A DNA stretch of 64,000 nucleotides from Lama glama (Eukaryota). The stretch is from the NCBI GenBank assembly GCA_028534125.1, contig CM052848.1, positions 13,082,001 through 13,146,000 of the forward strand, written 5' to 3'. The notes beneath the pieces are model-generated. The model was not told the origin of the DNA. It ran no database searches and saw only the letters and a list, made by a program, of their open reading frames with translations. Made by a program: the position numbers and the translations under genes. Positions 27,001 through 39,203 of the stretch are shown here, one piece after another (within the stretch, counting starts at the first letter, position 1; each line of letters opens with the position of its first letter).

Positions 27001-27534
27001 GGCAAGGACTCTGGGAGCACGTGGTCCAGCACTGGTCCTGGGCTCAAGGACGTCTCCAAGGACAGGGCGTGCTGCAGGGTGTGTCCTTTGAGGACGAAGG
27101 GCTGACAGCCCAGGCGTTGTGTCCTGTGGTGACCAGGACTCGTGGTGGGAAGGCCGGGCAGGGGCTCTGGGAACGGCCCTCCATCCAGGCTCCGAGCGGA
27201 TCCCCCGTGGCCGGCTGCAGCCCCGAAACGTGTAGGGGGAGATTCTAGGCGTCAATCTCCGGCTCTAGGAAGCCCTGGAATTTGGGGCTGGAGGCCATGC
27301 TCCATATGGAGGTGGTTGGGCCCACTCGACAGAGGGGAAGTCAGGCCCCGGGAAGGGCAGATGCCCTGAGATGCCTGGTGTCCAGCCCAGACGGCCATCG
27401 AGATGCAGAAAGGGCAGAAATGACCCTGAAGCCTGCGGGGGTGGTTGAACTGGGGCTGCAGACTCTCTAGGGACTCCTGCCCTGGTCAGGTGTCCTCACC
27501 TGTGCCAGAGGTGGGCAGAGCTCTGTAGTCACAC

Positions 27535-27850
27535 GCTTACTTGACTGTCTGCAAAACTTTTTCCTCTTATAAAACTGAAACTCTGTCTCTATCACTTACT
27601 CACTCCTCTGCCCCCTCCCCCAGCCCCTGGCCCTACCACCTACTTTCTGTCTCTTGGGGGTTGACTCCTCTAGGTCCTCACATAATTGGAATCAGATAGG
27701 ATTCATCCTTCTGGTTTATTGCACCAAGCATAGTGTCCTCGCGGTCCACCTGCACCATGTGTCAGAATCTCCCTCCTTTTCAGGACTGACTAATATTCCG
27801 TTGTATGTTGGGACCACATTGCTGGGTTGCTTTTGCAAGCATTTTTGTAA
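27535..27850 (-). mobile_element. Ancient L1M (L1MA/MB-like) 3' fragment, antisense
   Basis: aaaactgaaactctgt...cccagcccctggc..ccacctactttctgtctct...gactcctctaggtcctcacataattggaatca...ggactgactaatattccgttgtatg. Confidence 0.8.
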
Positions 27851-30800
27851 GCTATTCCGGGAGCAGTAACTGGGTACAATTCTGTTTTTCCTTGAAGCTT
27901 CTGAGCATGTTTTATTCTTATTTTTAGTGTGCGGCATGTCCTTGGAGAACCCGGTACCATCTGTAGATGCAGAGCTGGGGCTGCAGTTACCGCACCACGA
28001 GTGTGGTGGCAGCCCGGGTTCCCACAAGTGTGTTATGTGCTCTTCTGGGTCACTGTCCAGTTCCAGGCCAGGCCCGGCGGCATCAGGCGTCCCGGTCCTG
28101 ACCTCACTCACTCTGACAGCTCCTCTCTCCGGGTGAAGGTTGGAGGCTTGACTGAGAGGCAGGCTCGTCCCCAGACCTCAAGTGTCTTGTCCCTCTGTCA
28201 GCCTCCCTCCACCAACTGCCCACACGGTGCAGTTTGGTGGACAGAACCAGTCCACGGAACGGGAACAGAAGCATGAGAGGGAGAGAAATGGACCAAGGGC
28301 GGGAGGAAGCCAGAGTTCCCAGGCCCTTGGGGAGGCGGGCTGTGTTTTAGCATCAAGTAACCAGGGGGATCAGTCATCACAGAAGACCGTGTGCCGGCTG
28401 GTGGAGGGCGGGCGGGGCCTGTTATGGCCCAACCCTGGGGGCTGAGTCTCTCCACCTGTGACCCAGACCCCACATGCACCCTCCGTGCCTCTGGCCGTGG
28501 CTTGGACCCAGCAGGGCCAGTGTTGTCACACCTGATGGTCTGGGCTACAAATGCAGCTGCGGCTTTAAGAAAAAAGTCTTTGTTTTTGGAAGAAAGCTGG
28601 GACCTTCAGCAAACAGGTCCCAAAGCCCTTCGACCTGGGCTGCCTCCTAATGGGGCTGGGCCTGACCTGACTGTCCCCAGGGTCATCCCAGGGACACTTA
28701 GGTGCTTATGTCTGTGAACCCTCTGAAAGTTCCTTTGAGCTCAGGGCCGGACAGGCCGCAGGGGGCGGGTTTTAAATGTGTGTATTGACTGCATTCATGT
28801 ATTTATCCTTGTCTTGTGCTGGTGACCCGCTGCTGAGGGCAGGGGTCCTAGGTGCTGACCCCTCCCCCAGACCCGCATCCCCTCTCCTGCTGCCTGACTC
28901 TAACAGTGGAGGGAGGTTGGTGTCACCCCAAGTCCTCTTCCAGCAGGACGGGTGGCACTTGTCACCCTTGGCCCCGCACAGCCCTTGTCCCACAGAAGTG
29001 GTCCTGCCGGCACACAGGTACCTCTGCAGAGGGTCCTGCATCCGTGATGCCGCTCGGGCGGGCCCCTCAGATGCCGCTGGGACCCCACTTCCCTCTGGCC
29101 TGGCCTGTCCGCCTGATGAGCTCTTGCACAGACATGGCTGTCTTGAGAGCTTCCTTCTCTGTACCTTAACCCGGTGTCACCCTGAAGCCTCTCACCAGGA
29201 GGGGATGCAGGGGCCACCCTGAGTAGGACCAAGGTTTCTGGAGGCCCCACATTGCTGTCCAGTGGACAGTCCTTCCCCCGGGGGCGGGGGCTGGGGCTGG
29301 TGGCCCCCGGCAGGAGCGTGGGTCAGGCCCTCCCGTCGAGGCTCTGCTGCCGCCGCGCCTGCTGCCTCCCGGGCTGCGACTGTGGAGGACTGGGCACTGT
29401 GGCTTGGTGACCACCACCTGGGGAGGAGGGACAGAGGCTTTGGGAAACTGGGTTGAGATGGAAAGGGTTTAATCTCCTTTTCTGCCCTGAACGAAACCAG
29501 CTTTCTGAGACGTGACGGGGTCATTCCTGTGATGGAGCGAAAAAGGCACATTTCAGTACTCGGGACGTTTTGTCTCTCCAGCCCTCATTTTTGGGTTTTA
29601 AAGAAGGTGTGGATTTCTTTGACTTCCTCGAAGTTGTCCTTCCTTTGATTTGAAATGTGAGCTTCTGAGTTGCTGGACGAAATGTTCTGGAAAAGTCTTT
29701 GAGTGAAAATGTTCTGTTCAACAAAACCAGCCTCAGTCCTACCTCCCTTCCGGTGTCTGAGCTCAGGAACCCAGGCGCAGACCAGAGGTGTGTGTAACCG
29801 GGCCTTCTGACCCAAATCGGACAGTGGACTTTCCTCTCCTGTCTTAGTTAGAAAGCAGCACAAAACTGCAGTCCTGCCGCCTGGTAGGGGTGAGTTCATG
29901 GTGGCCTCTGCTAGAAACAAATCTGAGGTTATTTGCTAAAGAAAACCCCATGATTACTGCAGTCAGAGAGTTGGAATGAAGAAGAGATTAGACCAAGGGG
30001 CACATGAGGCCCAAGAGCCCCTGCCGCCCGAGGTGGGAGGTGAGGACTTGTCACGTCTTCTGAGGTCTAAGCTCAGCGCATCACAGTGAGATGGGAGGGA
30101 GAGAGGGCTGCTGGTCCCAGGTGGATCCCAGAGCTGGATGAGGGCTGGGTTCTCTCGCTGAACGTGGCGAACAGGACGCACCGGAGGTGGAGGTGCAGGC
30201 AAGGCTCAGCTCCCCGTGGACGTTGATCGGGCTCGGTCCCCCGCAGCACTCTGGGGACTCGGATGTTATGTGTGACTTGTGTGTCCTCAGGACGCTCCCA
30301 GGGTGGGGCTGATGGGCCAGGTGGCAGCCCCCCCACGGACACAGGAAGCTGGGTGGCTGGGAGCTGGGCTCGGGTTCGGGTTCAGTGCGGACCCCACTCT
30401 GGCACCTCCACCGGCCCCCGTCCTGAACTGGGCTTCTCCGCCTGATGGTGATAGTGGGGCAGGTGTGGGGGTGGCATGGCCATCCTTCTGGGTGGGGAGG
30501 TCTCCATGCCGGCCTCTCCAGAGCCCGAGTGCGTCCACTCCACTGGCACCGGGGCTCTGCCTTCTCTGCCGGCACCGGAGCTCCGGGACCTACCTCTTCC
30601 TTTCTTCTCTGATTTTACACCCTTTAAGGGGATTGGCCCTTTCTTCTCGGGTGGGTGCTGTCTGGGACTCAGGTCCTTACGTAACTGACCTTGATCTGGG
30701 TGAATTCCCACTTGCTGTGTGGTGGGCCGTGGGGAGTCCCAGCCCTCATGTCCCATCCCCCGCCCACAGCAGGGCTGGGGGCCGTCGCCGGGAAAAGCAG

Positions 30801-31004
30801 ATGGCCTTGGGCTTTCTCGGAGATGCTCAGAACAGTCACTGACACACTTTGTTCTGACCAGTATTTGTTTTAGGTTCAGTATCTTGTCCAAAGATGATGT
30901 GTAACTACTTGGTTTGCACCTCTGCATTTTACCAAGTAAAATGTTAAAAAAAAATTTTCACCATCATTTAATAACGAACATTTTAATATCACTGAAGTAG
31001 AAAG

Positions 31005-32520
31005 AGTAACCACTTCTATTCAGTGTAGGAATGGACATTCTCGCCAGAGAAACTAGGCAAGAAAAAGAAATAAGAGGCATCCAAACTGGAAAGGAAGAAG
31101 TAAATTTATGTTTGCAGATGACGTGAATGATAGGAAGCCCTAAAGACACCTCAAAAGAAAATATTTAGGACTAATAAGTGAATTCAGCAAAGTTGCAGAA
31201 TATGAAATCAACCCTCAAAATTCAGTTGTATTTCTATACATTTGCAGTAAACAACCTGACAAAGAAATTTAAAAAGCAGTTCAATTTACAACAGCAGCAA
31301 AAAGAGTGAAATATACAGAAATAAATTTAAAGGAGGCAAGAGCTTGTCCGCTGAAAACCACAGAACATTTCTGAGACAAATACGTGGAAAGACATCACTT
31401 GCTCATGGACTGGAAAACGTAATAGTGTTAAGATGACACTAACTTCCCAAAGAGCAGTCGTTACCAAAATCCCAATGGTGTTTCTTTACAGAAATAGAAA
31501 AAGTTGCCCTAAGATTCATGTGGAATCTCAGGGGATCCTGAATAGCAAAAATAATCTTGAAAAAGAAGGAGAAAGTTGGAAGACTCACACTCCAGACTGC
31601 AGAGCACACCACGAGGCTTCAGGAATCACACCCGCGTGCGGTGCTGGCCGGAGGAGAGGACCAGGAGGGGCCAGGGGAGCGAGCTCTCACGTGTGGGTGC
31701 ATCGATCTTCAACGGGATGCAGACCATTCAGTGAGCAAAGGACCGTCTTTTCAACAGACGGTGCTTGGAAAGCTGAGGTCCACATGCACAAGAGGGAAGC
31801 TGGACCCTCACCTCACATCACGTGCAAACTCAGCCCACACTGGGTCAGAGACCTAAACATAGGGCCAAAACCAAAACGTAAGAGTTTTGTAAAACGCTTA
31901 GAAGAAAACATGGGTGATAATGGTCATGATCTTGGATTGGGCAGTGACTTTTTAGGTATGACACCAGAAGCACAGGCAGTAAATGGAAAAATAGGTAAAT
32001 TGGATGTTATCAAAATTAAAAACTTTTGTGCATCAAAGGACATGATAAAGTGAGTAAAAAGCCCACAGCAAGTGGGGACTATTTACAAACCATGAATCCG
32101 ACCAGGGATTACTATCCTGAGCACAGAAGCACCCCCTGCAGCGTGACAGCAGCAGCAGCGCGCCAGTCCAGGAACGGGCGGAGAGCTCAAGCAGACGCCC
32201 CTCCCCAGAACACACACACGCGGCCAGTGAGCACGTGGAGAGACGCTCCGTGTCGCTGATCGTTATGGAGATGCAAATCGAACCACAGCCAGACCCCACC
32301 TCACACCCGCCGGGATGGCCGCTGTCAAGAAACAGGAAACAGCAAATGCTGTTGAGGGTGTGGCGAGCTTGGAACCCTTGTTCAGACTGCTGGAATGAAA
32401 AATAGTGCAAAAAATTACCATGTGATCCAGCCATCCCCCCCTTATATGCAGGATCTGAGATCAGGGACTGGAAGAGATCCCTGGACACCACGTCACAGAG
32501 GCTGGTGCCCCTCCGTCCAC
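31005..32520 (+). mobile_element. Decayed L1 ORF2 (RT to C-terminal region), sense orientation
   Basis: Encodes remnants [16 protein letters not shown] and FADD (tttgcagatgac 31111-31122), and LEENMG...DLGLGSDFLGMTPEAQA...IKIKNFCASKD within ORF 31433-32053. Frameshifted relative to L1 ORF2. Confidence 0.92.
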
Positions 32521-33289
32521 GACAGGCCGGGCGATGTGGCCGCCGCCTTGGCTGTGTCGGGGGGAGTCCTGGAGGTGCGGGAACAGGGCAGAGGGAGGGC
32601 CCACAGCCGGATGTGGGGGACGCCGTGGCCACGGGCCTCCAGGGTTGCTGTTTGTTGGCTTTTGGTGTTTGGGGTATCAGTCGGAGGAGGGGTGGTGAGC
32701 GTGTCTGTCACTGGTGAAGCCCAGCGGACCTGGCACCTGAGCTTCTTCCCTCTCCGCCCGACAGGCCCCACGGTGCCCACCTGGGCCCCCTTTCCTGGGA
32801 CGCAGACGGGCCTGGGGCACGTTAGGGACTGAATGTTGTGCTTCACTGGTGGCTTCTCTGTGACATCTGGTGGAGGACGACAGGGTGAGGACTCTGCCTC
32901 GTGACAGGAGGGCCACACTGGCACCGGGAGAGGCTGCTCGCATGGGGAGTTGGAGGAGACCGAGAGGTCAAGTTGGGGAAGGGACCCCTGCTGGCCCCGG
33001 TGTTTACTTCCCGGCGCCCTTGGAGCTGTTTCCTGTTTGTGGCTGAAATGATGTGGATGGACCTGTGAGCCAAGGAAGCAGCCCATGTTGGGGCGGGTCT
33101 CACCCGAGGTCAAAACCACGGCTGCCTGGCAGGTGGGAGAAGCCCTCGGGGTCCTGTGCTTTTGGCCTGGGTGACCAGGCCAGACTGGAGCAGGGTGGGG
33201 GCCAGGGACTCGGCTCCTGTTTCAAGTACCCAGACTGGGAAGGAGGGGACGTGAGACCGTGCTGCCAGGCTGGCCTCACACAATGTTAG

Positions 33290-33960
33290 AAACAAGTTAA
33301 AAATCTCATTAAATTAAAATATAAGATACACACGGGGAAAGATGCTGACAGAGCGTATTTTAGCGGCTGATGTTCTTAATGTATGGAGAATTTGTTAAAA
33401 GCGGTTGTTTAAAAGTACTGAAAACATGATCATATAAAACAGCAAAGAGCACAAATAATTCCTAATAGAGGAAATGACAGTAGTGAACGTGGGAAAACAT
33501 TTGGTCTTGCTGATCTGAAAACGTGGAAAATGGTTGGTCTAAGTAATTAGCCAGACACACATTTGAAAAAAAAAAAAAAAAAACCAATGCGCTGTTTCCC
33601 AGCTGGATGACGAATGTGGGAAAAGGCATAGCCTCCCCGTGCTTGTTGGCCATCATCAGCGGGCGCCGCGTAGGGGACTACGACACAACCCTCAGAACAC
33701 ACACTAACCAAACACTGTTCACAGAACGTTCTCATTTCAGCGTCGTGGAAAATTGCAGGCAGCCAACAACAGCCTCCCTGTTGCTAAGAGCGAGGACTGC
33801 TAAACTCGGGTACGTGCAGTCAGTTCTGTGTTGCGCACCCAATTTAAATTGATTTGTACTAAGACTAATTCAGTGGAAAAGTGCTGGCTGTTAAAAAGAA
33901 ACAGGATGCCAACACAATGACATTGATATACACAGTGACAAGGGTAAAATTCATAAAAAT
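33290..33960 (+). mobile_element. Very old L1ME-like remnant with poly(A) run at 33566-33583
   Basis: A-rich segment with weak similarity to L1 3' sequence; heavily diverged. Confidence 0.35.
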
Positions 33961-36614
33961 GTTGATTGAAAGTCAGACACAGGGGTTAGGGAGTACAGCT
34001 CAGAGCACGCTTGGGGCCCCGAGGGTCCCAGCCTCCAGAAACTCGGCCGGCGACACGCACAGCCTCCACTCTCAGGCAGTGAGGTGGGCGGTGTGGCCCA
34101 GGATAGTCCCTCCTGCCGCCAGCCTCGCGGGGGCTGCAAGCAGAAGCCGCACACCCTGCCCTCTGTGGCCCGCACCGCTGGCCAGCGGTCCTGCTCAGCA
34201 TCCAGACGCGGCAGCCGGCCTGCGGACCATCTCCGCTGCAGCCCTCAGCGGTCCCTCGGTGGGCGCGTCTCTGTGGCTCGCAGAGGACGTAGGAGTCATT
34301 TTGAGGTGAGAGCCTCCCTCACAGGGGCTTCCCCCAGCCCGCGTGAGCCCAGGGGCGGGGAGCTGTCTGGCCCGGGTCAGGCACAGGTCGGACCTGCCAG
34401 GTGGGAGGCTCAGGCAAGGGAGCGCGTGACCCCTCCCCCTGGGGGGGGCCGTCTTACCAGCTCACCCCTCTGCACTTGGTTCACATGCTCTCTTGTTTCC
34501 GACAAGTGTCCACACTCCCTCCTGCACCAAACCCAGGGGATGGTCAGTCCCTGCCGCAGGTGGCCCTGTTCCCCTGGAGGGCTGAGTGGTCCCATCAGGA
34601 CATCGCTCCCACCAACACAGTCCCATTGGTCTCCCGCCCCCGAATGATCTGGTCGGCCCAAAGATGGGGCTACCATGAGGAGGCTTTGCACTTCTGTCCC
34701 CAGGAGGGACTCCAGCAATCTGGACACCCCTCACTCACAACCCTTCGGGCAAGAAAAGGACCCACATCCCAGCCTCATAGGAAAAGAAGGTTCGTCAGGG
34801 CAGCCGTCCTGACCTCCTGACCATAGGTGCTTTTGCAAACTCCAGTTGGAATCACAGGGCGGCCTGGAGTTCTTCACGAATTGGGGCCACAAACACACAG
34901 GTGTTCCCTCTGCAGACCAGCTCAGGAAGGAGCATGTAAACACGAAGACGCCAGCTCCCAAAATTGGACGAAGCCAGAATGTGTGTCACCTACAGAGGCG
35001 CCATTAAGGAAATGTACCCCTGTGCCATTGGCACCCAGGCATAAGGACAGAAGTCACTTTTGTCATTTGGCTGACGTGGAGGGGAGTTCTGCGTTTGCTG
35101 ACAGCTCACTGGGGGCTCTTCAGGGGGTGTCGTCCCCAGAGGTCTCTCTCTTTGGTGCCGTTTCCTTCCTTGCGTGTGGCGTCCCACTGGGGCGGGGAGA
35201 TGGCTGTCCCCAGACTTGCCCGGGGAGAGAGGACAAGGGTGAGGTGGCCAGTGGCCAGAGAGCTGCCCCTTGTTCAGTGGCTCCAGGGACTCTTCCTGCC
35301 CACGTGGGGGAAGGTGGACGCAGGACCACGGGCAGGCGGCGAGTGTCTGCCGGCACAGAGACATGCCTTGACCCGACCCTGTGAATAGACTGACAAACGT
35401 GGGCTCGTCGAGGACAGAAAGAAATCATCCTAGCTGGCGGATGAAACCGGCCTTGTGTTGTCACTGACATTCGTTTGTCAACTGCTCTTGGAGTAGGTGT
35501 TAAATTTTAACTGAGGAGCTGGCGTCGTGAAGCCAAACTGAGGTTTTCCAAGCTGTCAAATGAGAAGAATCCTTAACGATCCCTTCCCCTATTCTTCCTC
35601 TGCTCCCGGCACCGAGAGCCCGTCTCTGCTGCCCTGCGACTTGGCACGCAGCGCTCAGCACAGGGTGGTCCTGGTGCCGCGGTACCAGCCGGCTGCAGAG
35701 GAGCCTCCTCGCTGCTCACTCCTGACGGGAGCAGGACTTCGAATCTGCTTCTACACAAAGGAGCCGTAATGACAGCCGTCTCAGAGTCCCTGGACTAAGT
35801 GTCGTGTGTGCGTTCTGCAGAGCCACTGACGTCAGTGTGTGAGTTGGGATTTTCTGGACGGCAGGGGCCTCGGTGGCTGGACCTCAGACGTAGTGGAACC
35901 CGGCTCAGAGCTCGGTGACCGCAGTGACCACAGGCAGCGCTGGGAGGCGCCCTGCACCCTGAGGTCGTGTGTCCGGCCCTGAGGCGCATGGGGAGTTGTG
36001 CAGATTTCTGCCCCGCTGTGAATTCCCGTGACTGCATGGAAGATGAGTCACGGCGGGGTCCCTGACCCCCGGGAACCTGTGCGAGGGAGGCCGTGTGGCC
36101 ATGAAATGGCACCTTCCTGGTGAGGGTTTGGTTTTTTTAGCCACAAACTGAGTGATGATGAAATCTTAAGAGGTGGGGACCTGGGCACTTCCAGACCCTG
36201 GGTTGCTGGTCTGTCCGGCGCGTGGAGGTGAACTGGGGGACCGCTGGCTTCCTTCCAGCTCCTCCCAGAGGACTTGGGTCTGAGGCTTTCGGGGCTTTTC
36301 GACCTGGACCCGTGCTCCTCATCCAGGTGCTGCCAGCGCTGGGGGCCTCAGCAACAGGCAGATTCTGGCTCTGATCCTTGACGGAGACACCCAGCCATGA
36401 GGCCCCAGGGAGCCGGGTTCTCTCTTCATCTTCAGATTTTCGGAGCCTCTCACGTCACCCCTTTCGTTTGACAACAGAGAGAAACAAGGAAGGCAAAGTG
36501 AGAACTTCTTTCCAGAAACCAGATGTATTGCACCAGCCACTCAATCAGTGTTTATTATGGCGACCAAGCGGGAGAAGTGGGTGTATATCCAGGCCTCACA
36601 CACTTACGTATTCC

Positions 36615-36695
36615 CTGCACGTGAGAACACACACGTGCACAGGCACACATATGCACATGCACACTGCACACACATACACGTGCACACACGTGCAC
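36615..36695. repeat. Imperfect (CA)n/CACGTG low-complexity repeat
   Basis: cacgtgagaacacacacgtgcacaggcacacatatgcacatgcacactgcacacacatacacgtgcacacacgtgcac. Confidence 0.85.
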
Positions 36696-37689
36696 CCCAG
36701 CTCCCCCATATACACCCCTTGACCCCAGCGCCGCCCCATGACCTCAGTCTGCAGTACAGCCGCTGCATCCTCAGCGTCTTCTACACAGATGCCCACTCCC
36801 ACCCTCACCCCCACCCCCACCCCGTTGTTTCCAGATGAGCCCAGGCCCTGACTCCTCCTCACAGCTGCCTGGCTCCTCTGACCGTGGGTGGAGGGAGGGA
36901 TGCCTAGACCCCGTTGGCTGTGCCTTGCCCAGCTGTGCCCCGCTGTGGCTTGTACGCCCTCTCGGGCTCAGAGTCCTTCAAACCCAGGGCTCTGGGGCCT
37001 CTGGCCGCTGCTTGAAGCTCCTTCCTCGTCTGGCTTCGGGCTTAAATCCAACCTTCGTTCCCTGCGTGCGTGCTCTCTGCCTCTGTGGCATGTGGTGAAC
37101 TTGCTGGGTGTAGGGGTGGGTGTGCAGCTCCTTCCTTTGCTGCTGTGTCCCATTTCCCGGCGGGGCCTCCTGCAGAGGGCTGGGTGCGGTCGTGGTGACC
37201 TAACACAGTCTCCTGGGCCTGCCTGGCGCCCCCCGGAGCCCACGGTTCCCTGGCCTGGGAAGTGGCCAGAACCGTCCCTGAAACAGTCAGATGGGACCCA
37301 CCTGAGTCTTGTTCCCGTGATCCTGGGGGAGGGGGGAGGGTTCCGATGAACACGATTCCTTTGGAGATGCTGTCAAGATACTGTGGAGAGACGCCAGAAA
37401 AGCAGCAACAGAAGGCTGTCGGGAGGAAAAAGAAACAGACGTTTCTGGGTTTTGCATTCTGCTCAAGGGGGAGGGAAGCTGGTGGATTTTCAATGTTCTG
37501 CGTGCAGCTGCCCCCACCAGCCTTGGTTGGACGAGGCCCATCTGCTTAAAGGCGGGTGGGGCCACGTGTTCACTGCAGATGGTTGGGGGTGCTTGCCACA
37601 GGGTCAGTGGGGGGCTCAGGAGGCCTTGGTGGTGGGGAGCCCCCGTACTGTGGACCCTGCACTTTGACAGGCCTGGCAGAGGACAAGCC

Positions 37690-38150
37690 CTCATCCCTGA
37701 CGCTCATGGGCACACCTGTCAGCTCCCCCCACAAATCACCCTGGTCCCACTCTGCCCACCAGCCTCCACGTCTTCTTTCCTGGACGCCAGCCTCCTCCTG
37801 ACCCTCCTGCCTCTTCCCCTGCCCCACGTCTGCTGTCTCACTGCAGCAAGAGCCATCTCTTAAAACACAAGTCAGATCACCAAGTCCTGGACACAAACCC
37901 CCTGAGCCCCTGGTCACAGCCAGACAGATCAGGACCTGCCCTGCCCCACCCCCCACCACCGCATCCCTCGTGCTCAGGGTGGTGCCCAGCCCAGCACGGG
38001 CGATGCCCACCCACGGGGTAGCCCTGCTCCTCGGGTGGGCCCTGCCCCCTCCCTCCGTTACATTCTCTGAGGACTTCTCACCATCACCCTTCTCTGTATT
38101 TTACTGTGTCCCTTGTCCTACTGAGGCCTGAGGTCCTGGAGACCAGGGGG
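37690..38150 (+). mobile_element. L2 LINE remnant
   Basis: ctgcagcaagagccatctcttaaaacacaagtcagatca matches the L2 motif (cagccagagtgatctttttaaaacgcaaatctgatca); a pyrimidine-rich L2-like 3' segment follows. Confidence 0.55.
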
Positions 38151-39167
38151 GGTTTCCGTTTGGGCAGGAGGGCGGCCCTGGGGAGGCACCTCAGGGGAGG
38201 CCACAGGAACCACTGGGTCCCCAGCTCTCTTGCCTACACTTGATGAATCTGAAACTGGTTCTGCCTGGAATATTCTAAATAATCGGGATTAAAAAATACA
38301 AAAGAAGCCTGAAGCAAGGCTTCTCTTTGCTCGCTTGCTCCATTGTCAGCACCAGATGGAGGATGTGGCCATGGAGCAGGCTAATTTATTTATTGATTAA
38401 AATGCTTACAGAACCCAGCACGCACAGCCAGGCTGAACATTCAGTTAAAAAGCCTGAAATGAAAGTTTGGAACCGCTGGATGATGGTAGGGCGTGCAGGG
38501 CCCCTCCGCTTACTCTGCCTTTTCTTCACAACTTGGACCTGGAGCCCGTGGACCTCAGTGCCCTCCTGAGCACAGGAGTAGGGGAGACGTGCCCTGTGTT
38601 TGCAGGACTAGGAAGAGCTTGGCTGTGGGCACAGAGGCAGGTGCCCACAGGAAGGGGATGGCGACCCCCAGGCCTCCAGGGAAGGACAAGAGTGTGGCCC
38701 CCACGCAGGTGCTCCAGGAGCCACGTCCCCTCTGTTAGCCCTCCCACCCCCTGCAGGGAGCAGACTAGTCCAGAGAGCAGATGTCAGCAGGACAGTGTCC
38801 TCTGCCTCGGGGATGAGAGTGTGACCCCAGACCCACAGCCCCCCGCCTTCCTGCGAAACTGGACAAGAGCCTTGGCTCTGCCCTGGCCCCCGGGGGTGCT
38901 GGCGGCCTGCTGACCCTGCGTCCATCTCAGCCTCCTCGCCCATGAAAGCCCCTGGATGGGTGATGCAGTGAGGCCGTGTGTGCGGTGCCCAGCACCCTGA
39001 ATTCTCAGGGACTCACAGCTGCTGCCTTGGCCTGAGATGCTGGCCAGTCTGCAGCAGACCCTGAATCTGTCTAAAGACAACGGTAACTAAGCCGGAGGGG
39101 TCGTCCTGGTTCCTCTGCACGGGCCAGGCCGCAGGGCCGCACGGGAGCTCTGGCATCTCTGTGTGTG

Positions 39168-39203
39168 CGTGTGAGCATGGGTGTGAGCACGGGTGTGAGC
39201 ATG
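39168..39203. repeat. 12-bp tandem repeat (gtgtgagcaygg) x3
   Basis: gtgtgagcatgggtgtgagcacgggtgtgagcatg read directly. Confidence 0.8.

Noticed and set aside
31433-32053. 206-aa ORF as a functional gene
   Set aside because: A chance open stretch across decayed, frameshifted L1 ORF2; only its C-terminal part is in the L1 frame.
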